Counted from the first letter of the stretch, positions 15,689-24,907 are shown. The stretch: DNA of 32,000 bases from Xylanibacter ruminicola 23 (GCF_000025925.1 NC_014033.1:3420001-3452000), one strand, 5' to 3'. Numbers and translations: made by a program. The notes: generated from the sequence alone by a model not told the origin.

Positions 15689-15696
15689 TACCTTTG
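15689..15696 (+). promoter_or_regulatory. -7 promoter box (TACCTTTG) only 5 nt before the hemN ATG
   Basis: Exact TAnnTTTG match. The upstream 12-mer AGGGATTGTGAG at 15661-15672 is also present, at the same 16-nt spacing, in the cysK promoter. Confidence 0.5.
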
Positions 15697-15701
15697 CACC
15701 C

Positions 15702-17066
15702 ATGCAAACAGACATTATAGAGAAGTATAACCGTCCGGTACCGAGATACACCAGCTATCCACCGGCAAATTACTTTAGTAACTTTACCGAGGCCGACTAT
15801 CTGATGATGGTTGATCAGAGTAACGAGGCCCGACAGAACCAGATATCTTTCTACCTGCATATTCCCTTTTGCAGGCACTTGTGCCATTACTGCGGCTGCA
15901 ACTCGTATCCTCAGGCCAAGCCCGAGGTGGTAAAGGCATATGTTGAGGCTCTGCACAAGGAAATCGATCTGGTGGCTAAGCATATCAGCGATGATCGACA
16001 GATTTCGCAGATACACTATGGCGGCGGCAGTCCTACGGCATTGCCCATTGCCATGATTAAGGAGCTGAACGAGCACCTGTTATCGATAGCGCCTACCATT
16101 GAGCGCCCCGAGATTGCCATCGAGTGCCATCCCGGTTATCTGGATGCCAACGACTGGCAGCAGCTTACTGCATGCGGTTTTACACGCTATAGTCTGGGTG
16201 TGCAGGACTTGCGCCCCGAAGTGCTGAAGGTGGTGAACCGACGTGAGTCGATGATGCCTGTGGGTGAGATTCTTGAGATGCTGCACGAGAGTGGGGCAAC
16301 GGTGAATCTCGACTTCCTGTATGGATTGCCCCTGCAAACTATCGACTCGTTCCGTAATACCATCGAGCAGGCGGCTGCATGGCGACCCGACCGATTGGTT
16401 ACTTTCTCGTATGCACATCTGCCAAAGTTGTTCCCACGACAGCAGATACTGGATAAGGTGGGACTGCCTGCCAACCAGGAGAAGAACGGCATGTATGAGA
16501 CGGCTACAGAGGTGCTGACAGCGGCCGGCTATCAGCCCATAGGTCTGGACCATTTTGTGCTGCCCGATGACGAACTGGCTGTGGCGCTTGGCAAGGGACA
16601 GCTGCACCGTAACTTTCAGGGCTACTGCACACGTCGTACAACGGCGCAGGTGTATGCCTTTGGTGTTACGGGTATCAGTCAGCTGGACGACTGCTACGCC
16701 CAGAACGGTCGCGATATCAACACGTATATCGAAACCCTGAACAGTGGTCAGCTCTACATTTCACGCGGCTATCATCTTACCCCTCAGGAAAAGCTGGTGC
16801 GCCAGGTGGTAGAGACGCTGATGTGTAACTACACCCTGAACTGGAGCGACGTGGCTGCACACCTGGGTGTGAGTGCCGCTGAGGTGCGCGAGGCCTGTGG
16901 CTACAACGAAACCACATTCAGCGAGATGCAGGCCGACGGACTGTTACGCTTTGACGACGACCATATTGAGGTGAACACCTGTGGGCGCCCATTTGTGCGC
17001 TGCGTGGCTGCTGCACTCGACCCACTGATGGCTCATAACGACAAACAATTCTCAAAACCGATATAA
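15702..17066 (+). CDS. hemN: oxygen-independent coproporphyrinogen III oxidase (radical SAM)
   Basis: 454 aa. N-terminus IIEKYNRPVPRYTSYPPANYF, radical SAM CxxxCxxC (FCRHLCHYCGC), and HYGGGSPT. Confidence 0.9.
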   Translation: MQTDIIEKYNRPVPRYTSYPPANYFSNFTEADYLMMVDQSNEARQNQISFYLHIPFCRHLCHYCGCNSYPQAKPEVVKAYVEALHKEIDLVAKHISDDRQISQIHYGGGSPTALPIAMIKELNEHLLSIAPTIERPEIAIECHPGYLDANDWQQLTACGFTRYSLGVQDLRPEVLKVVNRRESMMPVGEILEMLHESGATVNLDFLYGLPLQTIDSFRNTIEQAAAWRPDRLVTFSYAHLPKLFPRQQILDKVGLPANQEKNGMYETATEVLTAAGYQPIGLDHFVLPDDELAVALGKGQLHRNFQGYCTRRTTAQVYAFGVTGISQLDDCYAQNGRDINTYIETLNSGQLYISRGYHLTPQEKLVRQVVETLMCNYTLNWSDVAAHLGVSAAEVREACGYNETTFSEMQADGLLRFDDDHIEVNTCGRPFVRCVAAALDPLMAHNDKQFSKPI

Positions 17067-17068
17067 CA

Positions 17069-18424
17069 ATGCAAAAACGTGATATAGTAGTGATAGGTGC
17101 CGGACTGACTGGACTGAGCACTGCCTTTAACCTGAAGAAGATGGGCCGCGATGTGCTGGTGCTTGAAAAGCAGAACCGCATAGGTGGCCAGATAGCTACG
17201 CACAACGAGGATGGATTTACGTTCGAGAGTGGTCCTAACACAGGCGTGGTATCGTTTCCCGAGGTAACCGAGTTGTTCCGCGATCTGGAGGGACGCTGCC
17301 AGATGGAGACAGCCCGTGAATCGTCGAAGCGCCGACTGATATGGAAAGGCAGTGAGTTTCATGCTTTGCCTGCCAGTTTGCCAGCAGCTATCAGTACCCC
17401 CTTGTTTACACTGAAGGATAAGTTCCGTATACTGGGTGAGCCCTGGCGTAAGAAGGGTACCGACCCTGATGAACCTGTAGGTGCACTGGCACAGCGCCGA
17501 CTGGGACGCTCGTTCTACGAGTATGCCGTTGATCCGTTTGTGTCGGGTGTGTATGCCGGTGATCCGATGAAGCTGACCACCCGCTATGCGTTGCCTAAGC
17601 TTTATAATTTGGAGGCTAACTACGGCAGTTTTGTGCGTGGTGCCATTGCTAAGGCCAAGGAGCCTAAGAGCGAGCGCGACCGCTTGGCTACCAAGAAGGT
17701 GTTCTCGGCCTTTGGCGGTTTGCAGAATCTGGTAGAGGCACTGGCTGAGGGCATCGACATTGTAACCGGTGCACAGGCGATAACGGTGATGCCCGATGGC
17801 GAGCACAAATGGCTGATACGCTATAACAACGGTACCGAGGAGATACACTGCAACCATGTGATTACCACTGTGGGTGCTTATGCCTTGTCATCGTTGCTAC
17901 CCTTTGTGGCGCAGGAGCAGATGGCGCCTATCAGCAAGCTTTACTATGCACCTATCATACAGGTGTGCGTGGGCATTAAGAACACTGGCGGTATCGACTA
18001 TGCGGCCTTTGGCGGTTTGGTGCCCAGCAAGGAGCAGAAGCAGGTGCTGGGTATCTTGTTCCCATCGGCCTGCTTTGTGCAGCGTGCGCCCGAGGGTGGT
18101 GCCCTGTACTCGTACTTTATGGGTGGCGCCCGTCATACCGACTATCTGCAGAAGAGCGATGCCGAGATACGCTCGATGGTGCGCGAGGCTTTCCACAGTA
18201 TGCTGAAATATCCTATGAACGTAGAGCCCGACATGATACGTATCTTCCGTCATGAGCATGCCATTCCGCAGTATGGCGTGGATAGTGGCGAGCGTTTTAA
18301 GGCGGTGGAGGCTATCCAGCAGCAGTACCCCGGACTGATTATAGCCGGTAATCTGCGCGACGGTATCGGCATGGGTAACCGCATTCAGCAGGCAGCCGCT
18401 ATCGCCCGATTATTTCAAAAATAA
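17069..18424 (+). CDS. hemY: FAD-dependent protoporphyrinogen oxidase (HemY/PPOX type)
   Basis: 451 aa. Dinucleotide-binding VVIGAGLTGLSTAFNL...VLEKQNRIGGQI, a C-terminal PPOX-like region, and a 2-nt gap after hemN. Confidence 0.8.
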   Translation: MQKRDIVVIGAGLTGLSTAFNLKKMGRDVLVLEKQNRIGGQIATHNEDGFTFESGPNTGVVSFPEVTELFRDLEGRCQMETARESSKRRLIWKGSEFHALPASLPAAISTPLFTLKDKFRILGEPWRKKGTDPDEPVGALAQRRLGRSFYEYAVDPFVSGVYAGDPMKLTTRYALPKLYNLEANYGSFVRGAIAKAKEPKSERDRLATKKVFSAFGGLQNLVEALAEGIDIVTGAQAITVMPDGEHKWLIRYNNGTEEIHCNHVITTVGAYALSSLLPFVAQEQMAPISKLYYAPIIQVCVGIKNTGGIDYAAFGGLVPSKEQKQVLGILFPSACFVQRAPEGGALYSYFMGGARHTDYLQKSDAEIRSMVREAFHSMLKYPMNVEPDMIRIFRHEHAIPQYGVDSGERFKAVEAIQQQYPGLIIAGNLRDGIGMGNRIQQAAAIARLFQK

Positions 18425-18469
18425 GATTAAAATCAACGCCCAAATGATGCGGCGTTAAAGAATTATTAC

Positions 18470-18477
18470 TATCTTTG
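18470..18477 (+). promoter_or_regulatory. -7 promoter box (TATCTTTG) for the GH3 gene
   Basis: TAnnTTTG match 26 nt upstream of the ATG at 18504. It overlaps the GTG used by the ORF track, which argues against that start. Confidence 0.5.
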
Positions 18478-18503
18478 TGGCCACTATAACAAAAACAGTG
18501 GTT

Positions 18504-21131
18504 ATGAAGAGACTTTTGATGATGTCCCTATTCGTGGGTTTCTGCGCTACAGCGATGGATGCGCAAGGTTTGCCGTATCAGAATGCGAACCTGTCAGCAG
18601 CACAGCGAGCTGATGACCTGTTGAGCCGACTGACGCTCGATGAGAAGGTGAGTCTGATGATGGATACATCGCCTGCCATCCCCCGTTTGGGTATTCCTCA
18701 GTTCCAGTGGTGGAACGAGGCGCTGCACGGCATCGGTCGTAACGGCTTTGCTACCGTATTCCCCATCACCATGGCTATGGCGGCTTCGTGGGACGATGCG
18801 CTGCTGCACCAGGTGTTTACGGCTGTGAGCGACGAGGCGCGTGTAAAAGCCCAGCAAGCCAAGTGTACAGGGGATATCAAACGCTATCAGAGTTTATCGT
18901 TCTGGACACCGAACATCAATATATTCCGTGATCCCCGTTGGGGCCGCGGACAGGAAACCTATGGCGAGGACCCTTACCTGACGGCTAAGATGGGACTGGC
19001 TGTGGTGCGTGGCTTGCAGGGTGTAGGCTACAACGGCGAGGACCTAGGTGTAAGCAAATATCGTAAACTGCTGGCATGTGCCAAGCATTTTGCCGTGCAT
19101 AGCGGTCCGGAGTGGAACCGTCATGAGTTTAATATCGAGAATCTGCCTGAACGTGATTTGTGGGAGACCTATCTGCCTGCCTTTAAGGCACTAGTGCAGG
19201 AAGGAAAAGTGGCCGAGGTGATGTGTGCCTATCAGCGTATCGACGGTCAGGCCTGTTGTGCGCAGACCCGTTACGAGCAGCAGATACTGCGTGACGAATG
19301 GGGCTTTGACGGACTGATTACCAGCGACTGTGGTGCCATTCGTGATTTCCTGCCTCGTTGGCATAATGTGTCCAAGGATGGGGCCGAAGCCAGTGCCAAA
19401 GCCGTGTTGGCTGGTACCGACGTGGAGTGCGGTTCGGAGTACAAGCACCTGCCTGAGGCTGTGCGTCGTGGAGATGTGAAGGAGGCCGATATTGATCGTA
19501 GTCTGCGCAGACTGTTGATAGCCCGTTTTGAGTTGGGCGATATGGATAGCGACGACCTGAATGCATGGACCAAGATACCAGAGACAGTAGTGGCTTCGCA
19601 GGCACATAAGGATCTGGCCCTGAAAATGGCACTGAAGAGTATTGTGCTGCTGCAGAATAAAATTAAGGTGCTGCCTTTAGGCAATCCGTTAAATGCTGGC
19701 GCAGGCTCTGACAAGGATATTGTGGTGATGGGTCCGAATGCCAACGATTCGGTGATGATGTGGGGTAACTATGCCGGCTATCCAACACACACCGTGACGG
19801 CACTGGATGGTATCACCCGTATGGCAAAGACGCTTTCGCCCGATGCCACGGTACGTTTTATTCAAGGCTGCGGGCTGACACGAAACGAGGTGTTCGAGAG
19901 TCGCTTCAATCAGATAAAAGATCCGTTAGGTAATAGCGGCATACAGATAGCTTACTGGAATAATACCGAGATGCAGGGCGCACCTGTAACGGTGGTGAAC
20001 CGTAAGCAGCCCGTACAGCTGAGTAATGGCGGTAACACGGTGTTTGCACCTGGCGTGAACCTGGAGAATTGCTCGGCACGACTGGACGGTACACTGGTGC
20101 CGACAGCCGATGAGACACTGAGCTTTGAGATTAGCGGCGACGACCGCTTGCGCCTGATAGTGAATGGCGATACATTGGTGAACATCTGGAATCCACGTCA
20201 GCGTATTCAGAGCGGTAAGAAGGAGATAGCCGTAAAAGCCGGACAGCACTACCGCATTCAGATTGATTATGTACAGGAAACGGGTTACGGTGCCTTGAAC
20301 TTCGATATCAAGAAGCGTGTGAACCCAACAGCCGAGGAGCTGTTGGCTCAGATAGGCAATACCCAGACCATCATATTTGTAGGTGGTATATCGCCTAACC
20401 TGGAGGGTGAGGAGATGCGTGTGAACGAGCCTGGCTTTAAGGGGGGCGACCGCACCAGCATAGAACTGCCACAGGCACAGCGCGACTTGTTGGCTGTGCT
20501 GCATAAGGCTGGCAAGAAGGTGATTTTTGTAAACTGTTCGGGATCGGCCATGGCGCTGGCTCCGGAACTGGAAACATGTGATGCTATCCTGCAGTGGTGG
20601 TATGGTGGCGAGCAGGGTGGTGCTGCCTTGGCTACAACACTGTTTGGTATGGTAGCCCCCAGTGGAAAACTGCCGGTTACCTTCTATAAGAGTACCGACG
20701 AGTTGCCCGATTTCCTGGATTACACCATGAAGAATCGTACGTACCGTTATTACGAAGGCGAGCCGCTGTTCCCATTCGGTTTCGGTCTGGGCTACACCAC
20801 TTTCAATATAGACAAACCTATCTATAAAAATAATAAGGTACAGGTGCGCGTAAAGAATCTGGGCACTACAGCCGGTACCGAAACTGTACAGGTATATATC
20901 CGTCATCTGGCTGACAAGGAAGGTCCAAAGAAATCGCTGCGTGCCTATCAACAGGTAACCCTGAATGCAGCAGAGGCAAAGACCATCAGTATAGAACTGC
21001 CACGTAAGAGTTTCGAGGGTTGGGATGTGAAAACCAACACTATGCGCGTAGTGCCTGGCAAGTACGAGGTGATGGTGGGCAACTCGAGTGCCGACAAAGA
21101 TCTGAAGAAAATAATAGTCAACATTAAATAA
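18504..21131 (+). CDS. glycoside hydrolase family 3 (beta-glucosidase/beta-xylosidase-like) with inserted PA14 domain
   Basis: Signal peptide MKRLLMMSLFVGFCATAMDAQG. GH3 motifs are QFQWWNEALHG, NIFRDPRWGRGQETYGEDP, KHFAVHSG and ITSDCGAI. A PA14-like segment is IAYWNNTEMQGAPV...RLIVNGDTLVNIW. Confidence 0.9.
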   Translation: MKRLLMMSLFVGFCATAMDAQGLPYQNANLSAAQRADDLLSRLTLDEKVSLMMDTSPAIPRLGIPQFQWWNEALHGIGRNGFATVFPITMAMAASWDDALLHQVFTAVSDEARVKAQQAKCTGDIKRYQSLSFWTPNINIFRDPRWGRGQETYGEDPYLTAKMGLAVVRGLQGVGYNGEDLGVSKYRKLLACAKHFAVHSGPEWNRHEFNIENLPERDLWETYLPAFKALVQEGKVAEVMCAYQRIDGQACCAQTRYEQQILRDEWGFDGLITSDCGAIRDFLPRWHNVSKDGAEASAKAVLAGTDVECGSEYKHLPEAVRRGDVKEADIDRSLRRLLIARFELGDMDSDDLNAWTKIPETVVASQAHKDLALKMALKSIVLLQNKIKVLPLGNPLNAGAGSDKDIVVMGPNANDSVMMWGNYAGYPTHTVTALDGITRMAKTLSPDATVRFIQGCGLTRNEVFESRFNQIKDPLGNSGIQIAYWNNTEMQGAPVTVVNRKQPVQLSNGGNTVFAPGVNLENCSARLDGTLVPTADETLSFEISGDDRLRLIVNGDTLVNIWNPRQRIQSGKKEIAVKAGQHYRIQIDYVQETGYGALNFDIKKRVNPTAEELLAQIGNTQTIIFVGGISPNLEGEEMRVNEPGFKGGDRTSIELPQAQRDLLAVLHKAGKKVIFVNCSGSAMALAPELETCDAILQWWYGGEQGGAALATTLFGMVAPSGKLPVTFYKSTDELPDFLDYTMKNRTYRYYEGEPLFPFGFGLGYTTFNIDKPIYKNNKVQVRVKNLGTTAGTETVQVYIRHLADKEGPKKSLRAYQQVTLNAAEAKTISIELPRKSFEGWDVKTNTMRVVPGKYEVMVGNSSADKDLKKIIVNIK

Positions 21132-21140
21132 CAACAACCA

Positions 21141-21758
21141 ATGACAAAAAAGTTTTTAATAGGTGCAGCCACAGTGCTGCTTGCTTTAACCAGTTGCCAT
21201 AATGACAACACCAACACAGAGACGTCGGTATCGTTCGACGAAGTTTTAACCACCCGTAGAAGCGTACGCAGCTACGACCCAGCGAAGAAAATCTCGGAGG
21301 CCGAAGTACGCGAACTGCTCAAGGCTACCCAGGAGGCTCCATCGTGGGCTAACCAGCAGCCTTCGAAGTATTATGTGGCTATCGGCGAGGAGAAACTGAA
21401 GGCTGCCATGGAGATGATTGGCGCCAACAAGGATCGCGTGGCCGATGCACCGGTACTGATTGTGTCGACCTTTGAGCGCGGAAAATCGGGCTATTTCCAG
21501 GGACAGGCTACCAACGAGGTAGGCGAAGGCTGGGGTGCCTATGATAACGGACTGAGCAACTGCTACCTGATATTGAAAGCACGCGCCATGGGATTCGATA
21601 CCCTGATTATGGGTATGCGCGATGCCGACCAACTGAGAGCGCTGTTTAACATCCCCGAGGACGAGACTGTGATGGCTGTAATTGCCTTGGGCTACAGAAA
21701 CGAAGAGCCCACACATCCCGACAGACGCGATCTGGATGATATCGTAAAGTTCTTCTAA
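21141..21758 (+). CDS. nitroreductase family protein with lipoprotein-type signal peptide
   Basis: 205 aa. N-terminus MTKKFLIGAATVLLALTSCHND, then the nitroreductase core TTRRSVRSYDPAKKISEAEVRELLKATQEAPSWANQQP. It starts 9 nt after the GH3 stop. Confidence 0.8.
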   Translation: MTKKFLIGAATVLLALTSCHNDNTNTETSVSFDEVLTTRRSVRSYDPAKKISEAEVRELLKATQEAPSWANQQPSKYYVAIGEEKLKAAMEMIGANKDRVADAPVLIVSTFERGKSGYFQGQATNEVGEGWGAYDNGLSNCYLILKARAMGFDTLIMGMRDADQLRALFNIPEDETVMAVIALGYRNEEPTHPDRRDLDDIVKFF

Positions 21759-21777
21759 TCAAGGACTTTTAAATACG

Positions 21778-21873
21778 TATCGCAAGCGATATATAGTTAA
21801 ACTCTCTTAAAGTTTTTACTAAATCGCTTGCGATATAAATAATTATGCTTACCTTTGCATCGCAAACGATATA
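21778..21873. promoter_or_regulatory. three copies of the palindromic motif ATCGCWWRCGATATA (candidate OhrR/MarR operators)
   Basis: TATCGCAAGCGATATA at 21778, ATCGCTTGCGATATA at 21823, ATCGCAAACGATATA at 21859. The third begins 2 nt after the -7 box and so covers the predicted transcription start. Confidence 0.6.
21850..21857 (+). promoter_or_regulatory. -7 promoter box (TACCTTTG) for gpx-marR
   Basis: Exact TAnnTTTG match 30 nt upstream of the ATG at 21888. Confidence 0.55.
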
Positions 21874-21887
21874 ATTGTAATAATGAT

Positions 21888-22433
21888 ATGAGTAAGATTT
21901 ATGATTTCAAGGCTCTGACGAGCAAAGGTAAGGAGATTGATTTCTCTGAGTTCCAGGGAAAGGTGCTGCTGGTAGTTAACACAGCCAGCAAGTGTGGATT
22001 CACCCCTCAGTTCGAAGGATTGGAGGCGTTGAACCAGAAGTATAAGGATCAGGGACTGGTGGTTATCGGTTTTCCCTGCAACCAGTTTAAGGAGCAGGAT
22101 CCAGGTACCGACAGCGAGATTAGCGAGTTCTGCCAGTTGAACTACGGCGTTACCTTCCAGATTATGAAGAAGATTGATGTGAATGGTGCTGCTGCCGATC
22201 CTATTTTTGAGTATCTGAAGACACAGGCTCCCACCGAGGAGTATAAAGGTTTAAAGGCCAAGGCTGCCAAGGCTCTCTTCAAAACCATCAGCAAGAGTGT
22301 AGAGAAGGACAGCGATATTAAGTGGAATTTCACCAAGTTCCTGATTTCGAAAGACGGTGATACCATTAAGCGCTATGCACCTACTACCGAGCCTGCTGAC
22401 TTTGAGAAGGACATTGAGGCCATGCTTGGTTAA
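21888..22433 (+). CDS. gpx: glutathione peroxidase family protein (Cys type)
   Basis: [64 protein letters not shown]...KWNFTKFLI. The ATG at 21888 is preferred because the TTG start at 21855 lies inside the -7 box. Confidence 0.9.
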   Translation: MSKIYDFKALTSKGKEIDFSEFQGKVLLVVNTASKCGFTPQFEGLEALNQKYKDQGLVVIGFPCNQFKEQDPGTDSEISEFCQLNYGVTFQIMKKIDVNGAAADPIFEYLKTQAPTEEYKGLKAKAAKALFKTISKSVEKDSDIKWNFTKFLISKDGDTIKRYAPTTEPADFEKDIEAMLG

Positions 22434-22455
22434 TTGAAAATTAAAAATAAAAAAT

Positions 22456-22899
22456 ATGCACGAAGAATTACGACTCGATAATCAAGTCTGCTTCCGTTTG
22501 TATACGGCTACACGTTTAATAACTCAGGCTTATACGCCTCTGCTGAATGAGCTGGGTATTACCTATCCGCAGTATCTGGTAATGATGGTTCTGTGGGAGC
22601 AGGACGCCCAACCTGTGAACGACATTGCACGCCGACTGCTGCTGGAAACAAACACTGTTACGCCGCTGCTGCAGCGTATGGAGAAACTGGGCATAGTGAC
22701 CCGACAGCGCGGAAAGGAGGATAAGCGCCAGCAGATAGTATCGCTTACCGAGAAAGGTAAGGCGATGGAAGAGCAGGCTTATCAGGTTATTCCCGCCGGT
22801 ATGGGTCGTGAACTGAGTGCTTGTCCGTTCCAGTTTGACGACTATGAGCGGTTGGCTGGCGAACTGGACACCATCATCAACACATTACGACAAAGATAA
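22456..22899 (+). CDS. ohrR: MarR family transcriptional regulator, OhrR-like (organic hydroperoxide sensing)
   Basis: 147 aa. N-terminal reactive-Cys context LDNQVCFRLYTA and winged-helix ITYPQYLVMMVLWEQDAQPVNDIARRLLLETNTVTPLLQRMEKLGIVTRQR. It starts 22 nt after gpx. Confidence 0.75.
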   Translation: MHEELRLDNQVCFRLYTATRLITQAYTPLLNELGITYPQYLVMMVLWEQDAQPVNDIARRLLLETNTVTPLLQRMEKLGIVTRQRGKEDKRQQIVSLTEKGKAMEEQAYQVIPAGMGRELSACPFQFDDYERLAGELDTIINTLRQR

Positions 22900-22902
22900 T
22901 CT

Positions 22903-23364
22903 TCAGCCGATGTGGATACCGTAGTTCTGTTTCACCTCGCTCATCACAAAGGTGCTCTCGATAGAGGCCAGGCTTTCTATCTCGCCCAGTTTGTTGAGCA
23001 CGAACTCCTGGTATTGTTTCATGTCGCGCGCGCGTACCTTTAAAAGGTAGTCGTAGGCACCCGAGGTGTTGTAGCATTCGGTAACCTCAGGTATGCGCTG
23101 GATGCGACGAACAAATGAGTCGGCAATCTCGTGGTTAATATGCTTGAGTTTAACCTTGCAGAAAACCTGCAAGCCCTGACCCAATTTCTCGGGATCGAGA
23201 ATAGCCACATACTTTTTAATATACCCCTGTCTTTCGAGTCGTTTCTGACGCTCAAAGACGGGGGTTGGTGTTAAATGAACGGCATCGGCCAGCTCTTTGG
23301 TGGTCAATTTGGCGTTTTTTTGCAGTGTTTTCAGTATCTGCAAGTCGGTTTCGTCTAATTCCAT
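22903..23364 (-). CDS. Lrp/AsnC family transcriptional regulator
   Basis: 153 aa. MELDETDLQILKTLQKNAKLTTKELADAVHLTPTPVFERQKRLERQGYIKKYVAILD plus a C-terminal RAM/AsnC-type domain. Divergent from metY. Confidence 0.9.
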   Translation of the reverse strand: MELDETDLQILKTLQKNAKLTTKELADAVHLTPTPVFERQKRLERQGYIKKYVAILDPEKLGQGLQVFCKVKLKHINHEIADSFVRRIQRIPEVTECYNTSGAYDYLLKVRARDMKQYQEFVLNKLGEIESLASIESTFVMSEVKQNYGIHIG

Positions 23365-23373
23365 CGCTGTTTT

Positions 23374-23408
23374 ACATTAAACATTAAGCATTAAACATTA
23401 AATATTCA
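23374..23408 (-). repeat. tandem heptamer array (TTTAATG x4 plus one degenerate copy) in the Lrp leader
   Basis: The plus strand reads acattaa acattaa gcattaa acattaa atattca. In minus sense this is TTTAATG TTTAATG CTTAATG TTTAATG, ending 10 nt upstream of the ATG at 23364. Confidence 0.9.
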
Positions 23409-23530
23409 GAAAGATATTCTGTTTGGGGGCTATGTGAAAGCCAGAATTAGAACTTTATTCTTTCTCGACTGCAAAATTAGGTATATTTTCTGAATTAAAC
23501 AAGAAATTTGGTAGATTTTTCTAAACCTAT

Positions 23531-23538
23531 TACCTTTG
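23531..23538 (+). promoter_or_regulatory. -7 promoter box (TACCTTTG) for metY
   Basis: Exact TAnnTTTG match 42 nt upstream of the ATG at 23581. Confidence 0.55.
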
Positions 23539-23580
23539 CACCCAGAAAGTTTAATCAAATAAAAAGAAAGGAATAAAGTT

Positions 23581-24873
23581 ATGAGTACAAGTAAGAATTA
23601 TCGTTTCGAGACTTTGCAACTGCATGTAGGCCAGGAACAGGCCGACCCCGCTACTGATGCACGTGCCGTGCCCATCTATCAGACCACAAGCTATGTGTTC
23701 CACAACTCAAAGCATGCTGCCGATCGTTTCGGACTTCGCGATGCTGGTAATATCTACGGTCGACTGACCAACTCTACACAAGGTGTGTTCGAGGACCGTG
23801 TGGCAGCACTCGAAGGTGGAGTAGCAGGTCTTGCAGTTGCCAGTGGTGCAGCCGCTATTACTTACGCTCTGCAGAACATTGTGCAGGCAGGTGACCATAT
23901 CGTAGCTGCTGATAACCTGTATGGTGGTTCTTACAACCTCATTACCCATACACTGGCTACCCAGGGCATTACCAATACCATCGTGAATGTAAACGATCTG
24001 GCTGCGCTCGAGGCTGCCATCAAGCCCAACACAAAAGTAGTATATGCCGAGACCTTCGGTAACCCTAACAGCGATGTGCTCGACCTTGAGGGTGTGGCTG
24101 CTGTTGCTCACAAGTATGGCATCCCATTCATCGTTGATAACACCTTCGGTACCCCATACCTGATCCGTCCATTGGAGCATGGTGCCGACATCGTAGTACA
24201 CTCGGCCACTAAGTTCCTGGGTGGACACGGAACCTCACTGGGTGGTGTGATTGTAGATGGTGGTAAGTTCGACTGGAAGGCTAATCCCGAAAAATTCCCC
24301 ACACTGGCTAAGCCCGATCCATCGTACCATGGTATCGTATTTGCCGATGCAGTAGGTGCTGCCGCTTACGTGACTCGTATCCGTGCCGTGATTCTGCGCG
24401 ATACCGGTGCTACACTGTCGCCATTCAATGCCTTTATCCTGCTGCAGGGTGTTGAGACACTGAGTCTGCGTGTAGAGCGCCACGTGGAGAATGCACTGAA
24501 GGTTGTTGACTTCCTGGCCAACCATCCAAAGGTGGCTAAGGTTAATCACCCAGCATTGGCAAGTCATCACGACCATGCTTTGTACAATAAGTATTTCCCA
24601 CAGGGTGGTGCCTCAATCTTCACCTTCGAGATTAAGGGCGGGCAGGAAGAGGCCTGGAAGTTTATCGATGCCCTGCAGATTTTCTCACTGCTGGCTAACG
24701 TGGCCGATGTGAAGAGTCTGGTTATCCACCCATATACCACCACTCACTCACAGCTGAGTCCTGAGGAGCTGGCTGAGCAGCACATCACGCCATCAACCAT
24801 CCGCTTGAGTATCGGTACTGAGCACATCGACGACATTATTGCCGACTTGTCACAGGCTTTTGACCAAATTTAA
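23581..24873 (+). CDS. metY: O-acetylhomoserine aminocarboxypropyltransferase / sulfhydrylase (PLP-dependent)
   Basis: 430 aa. [32 protein letters not shown], the PLP-lysine context [11 protein letters not shown], and C-terminal [16 protein letters not shown]. Confidence 0.92.
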   Translation: MSTSKNYRFETLQLHVGQEQADPATDARAVPIYQTTSYVFHNSKHAADRFGLRDAGNIYGRLTNSTQGVFEDRVAALEGGVAGLAVASGAAAITYALQNIVQAGDHIVAADNLYGGSYNLITHTLATQGITNTIVNVNDLAALEAAIKPNTKVVYAETFGNPNSDVLDLEGVAAVAHKYGIPFIVDNTFGTPYLIRPLEHGADIVVHSATKFLGGHGTSLGGVIVDGGKFDWKANPEKFPTLAKPDPSYHGIVFADAVGAAAYVTRIRAVILRDTGATLSPFNAFILLQGVETLSLRVERHVENALKVVDFLANHPKVAKVNHPALASHHDHALYNKYFPQGGASIFTFEIKGGQEEAWKFIDALQIFSLLANVADVKSLVIHPYTTTHSQLSPEELAEQHITPSTIRLSIGTEHIDDIIADLSQAFDQI

Positions 24874-24877
24874 CGGG

Positions 24878-24903
24878 AACGGGGAGTAAAATCCCCGTTT
24901 TTC
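24878..24903 (+). terminator. intrinsic terminator after metY
   Basis: AACGGGGA (24878-24885) pairs with TCCCCGTT (24892-24899), followed by a T run. Confidence 0.7.
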
Positions 24904-24907
24904 AACA

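Noticed and set aside
11198-21137. Other long antisense or off-frame ORFs: 11198..12160 (+), the 12289..14028 group, 15016..15447 (-), 16080..16607 (-), 17033..17857 (-), 19926..21137 (-), 21246..21716 (-)
   Set aside because: Each lies wholly inside a gene with strong family motifs on the other strand (GH29, fucI, AraC, hemN, PPOX, GH3, nitroreductase). None has a promoter box or recognisable domain.
22897-22905. Convergent MarR and Lrp genes whose stop codons are only 3 nt apart with no terminator
   Set aside because: This is real in the sequence but common for convergent genes. On its own it does not indicate a specific mechanism.
23539-23580. Expected SAM riboswitch upstream of metY
   Set aside because: The predicted leader is only about 40 nt and AT-rich, with no room for, or motifs of, any SAM aptamer.
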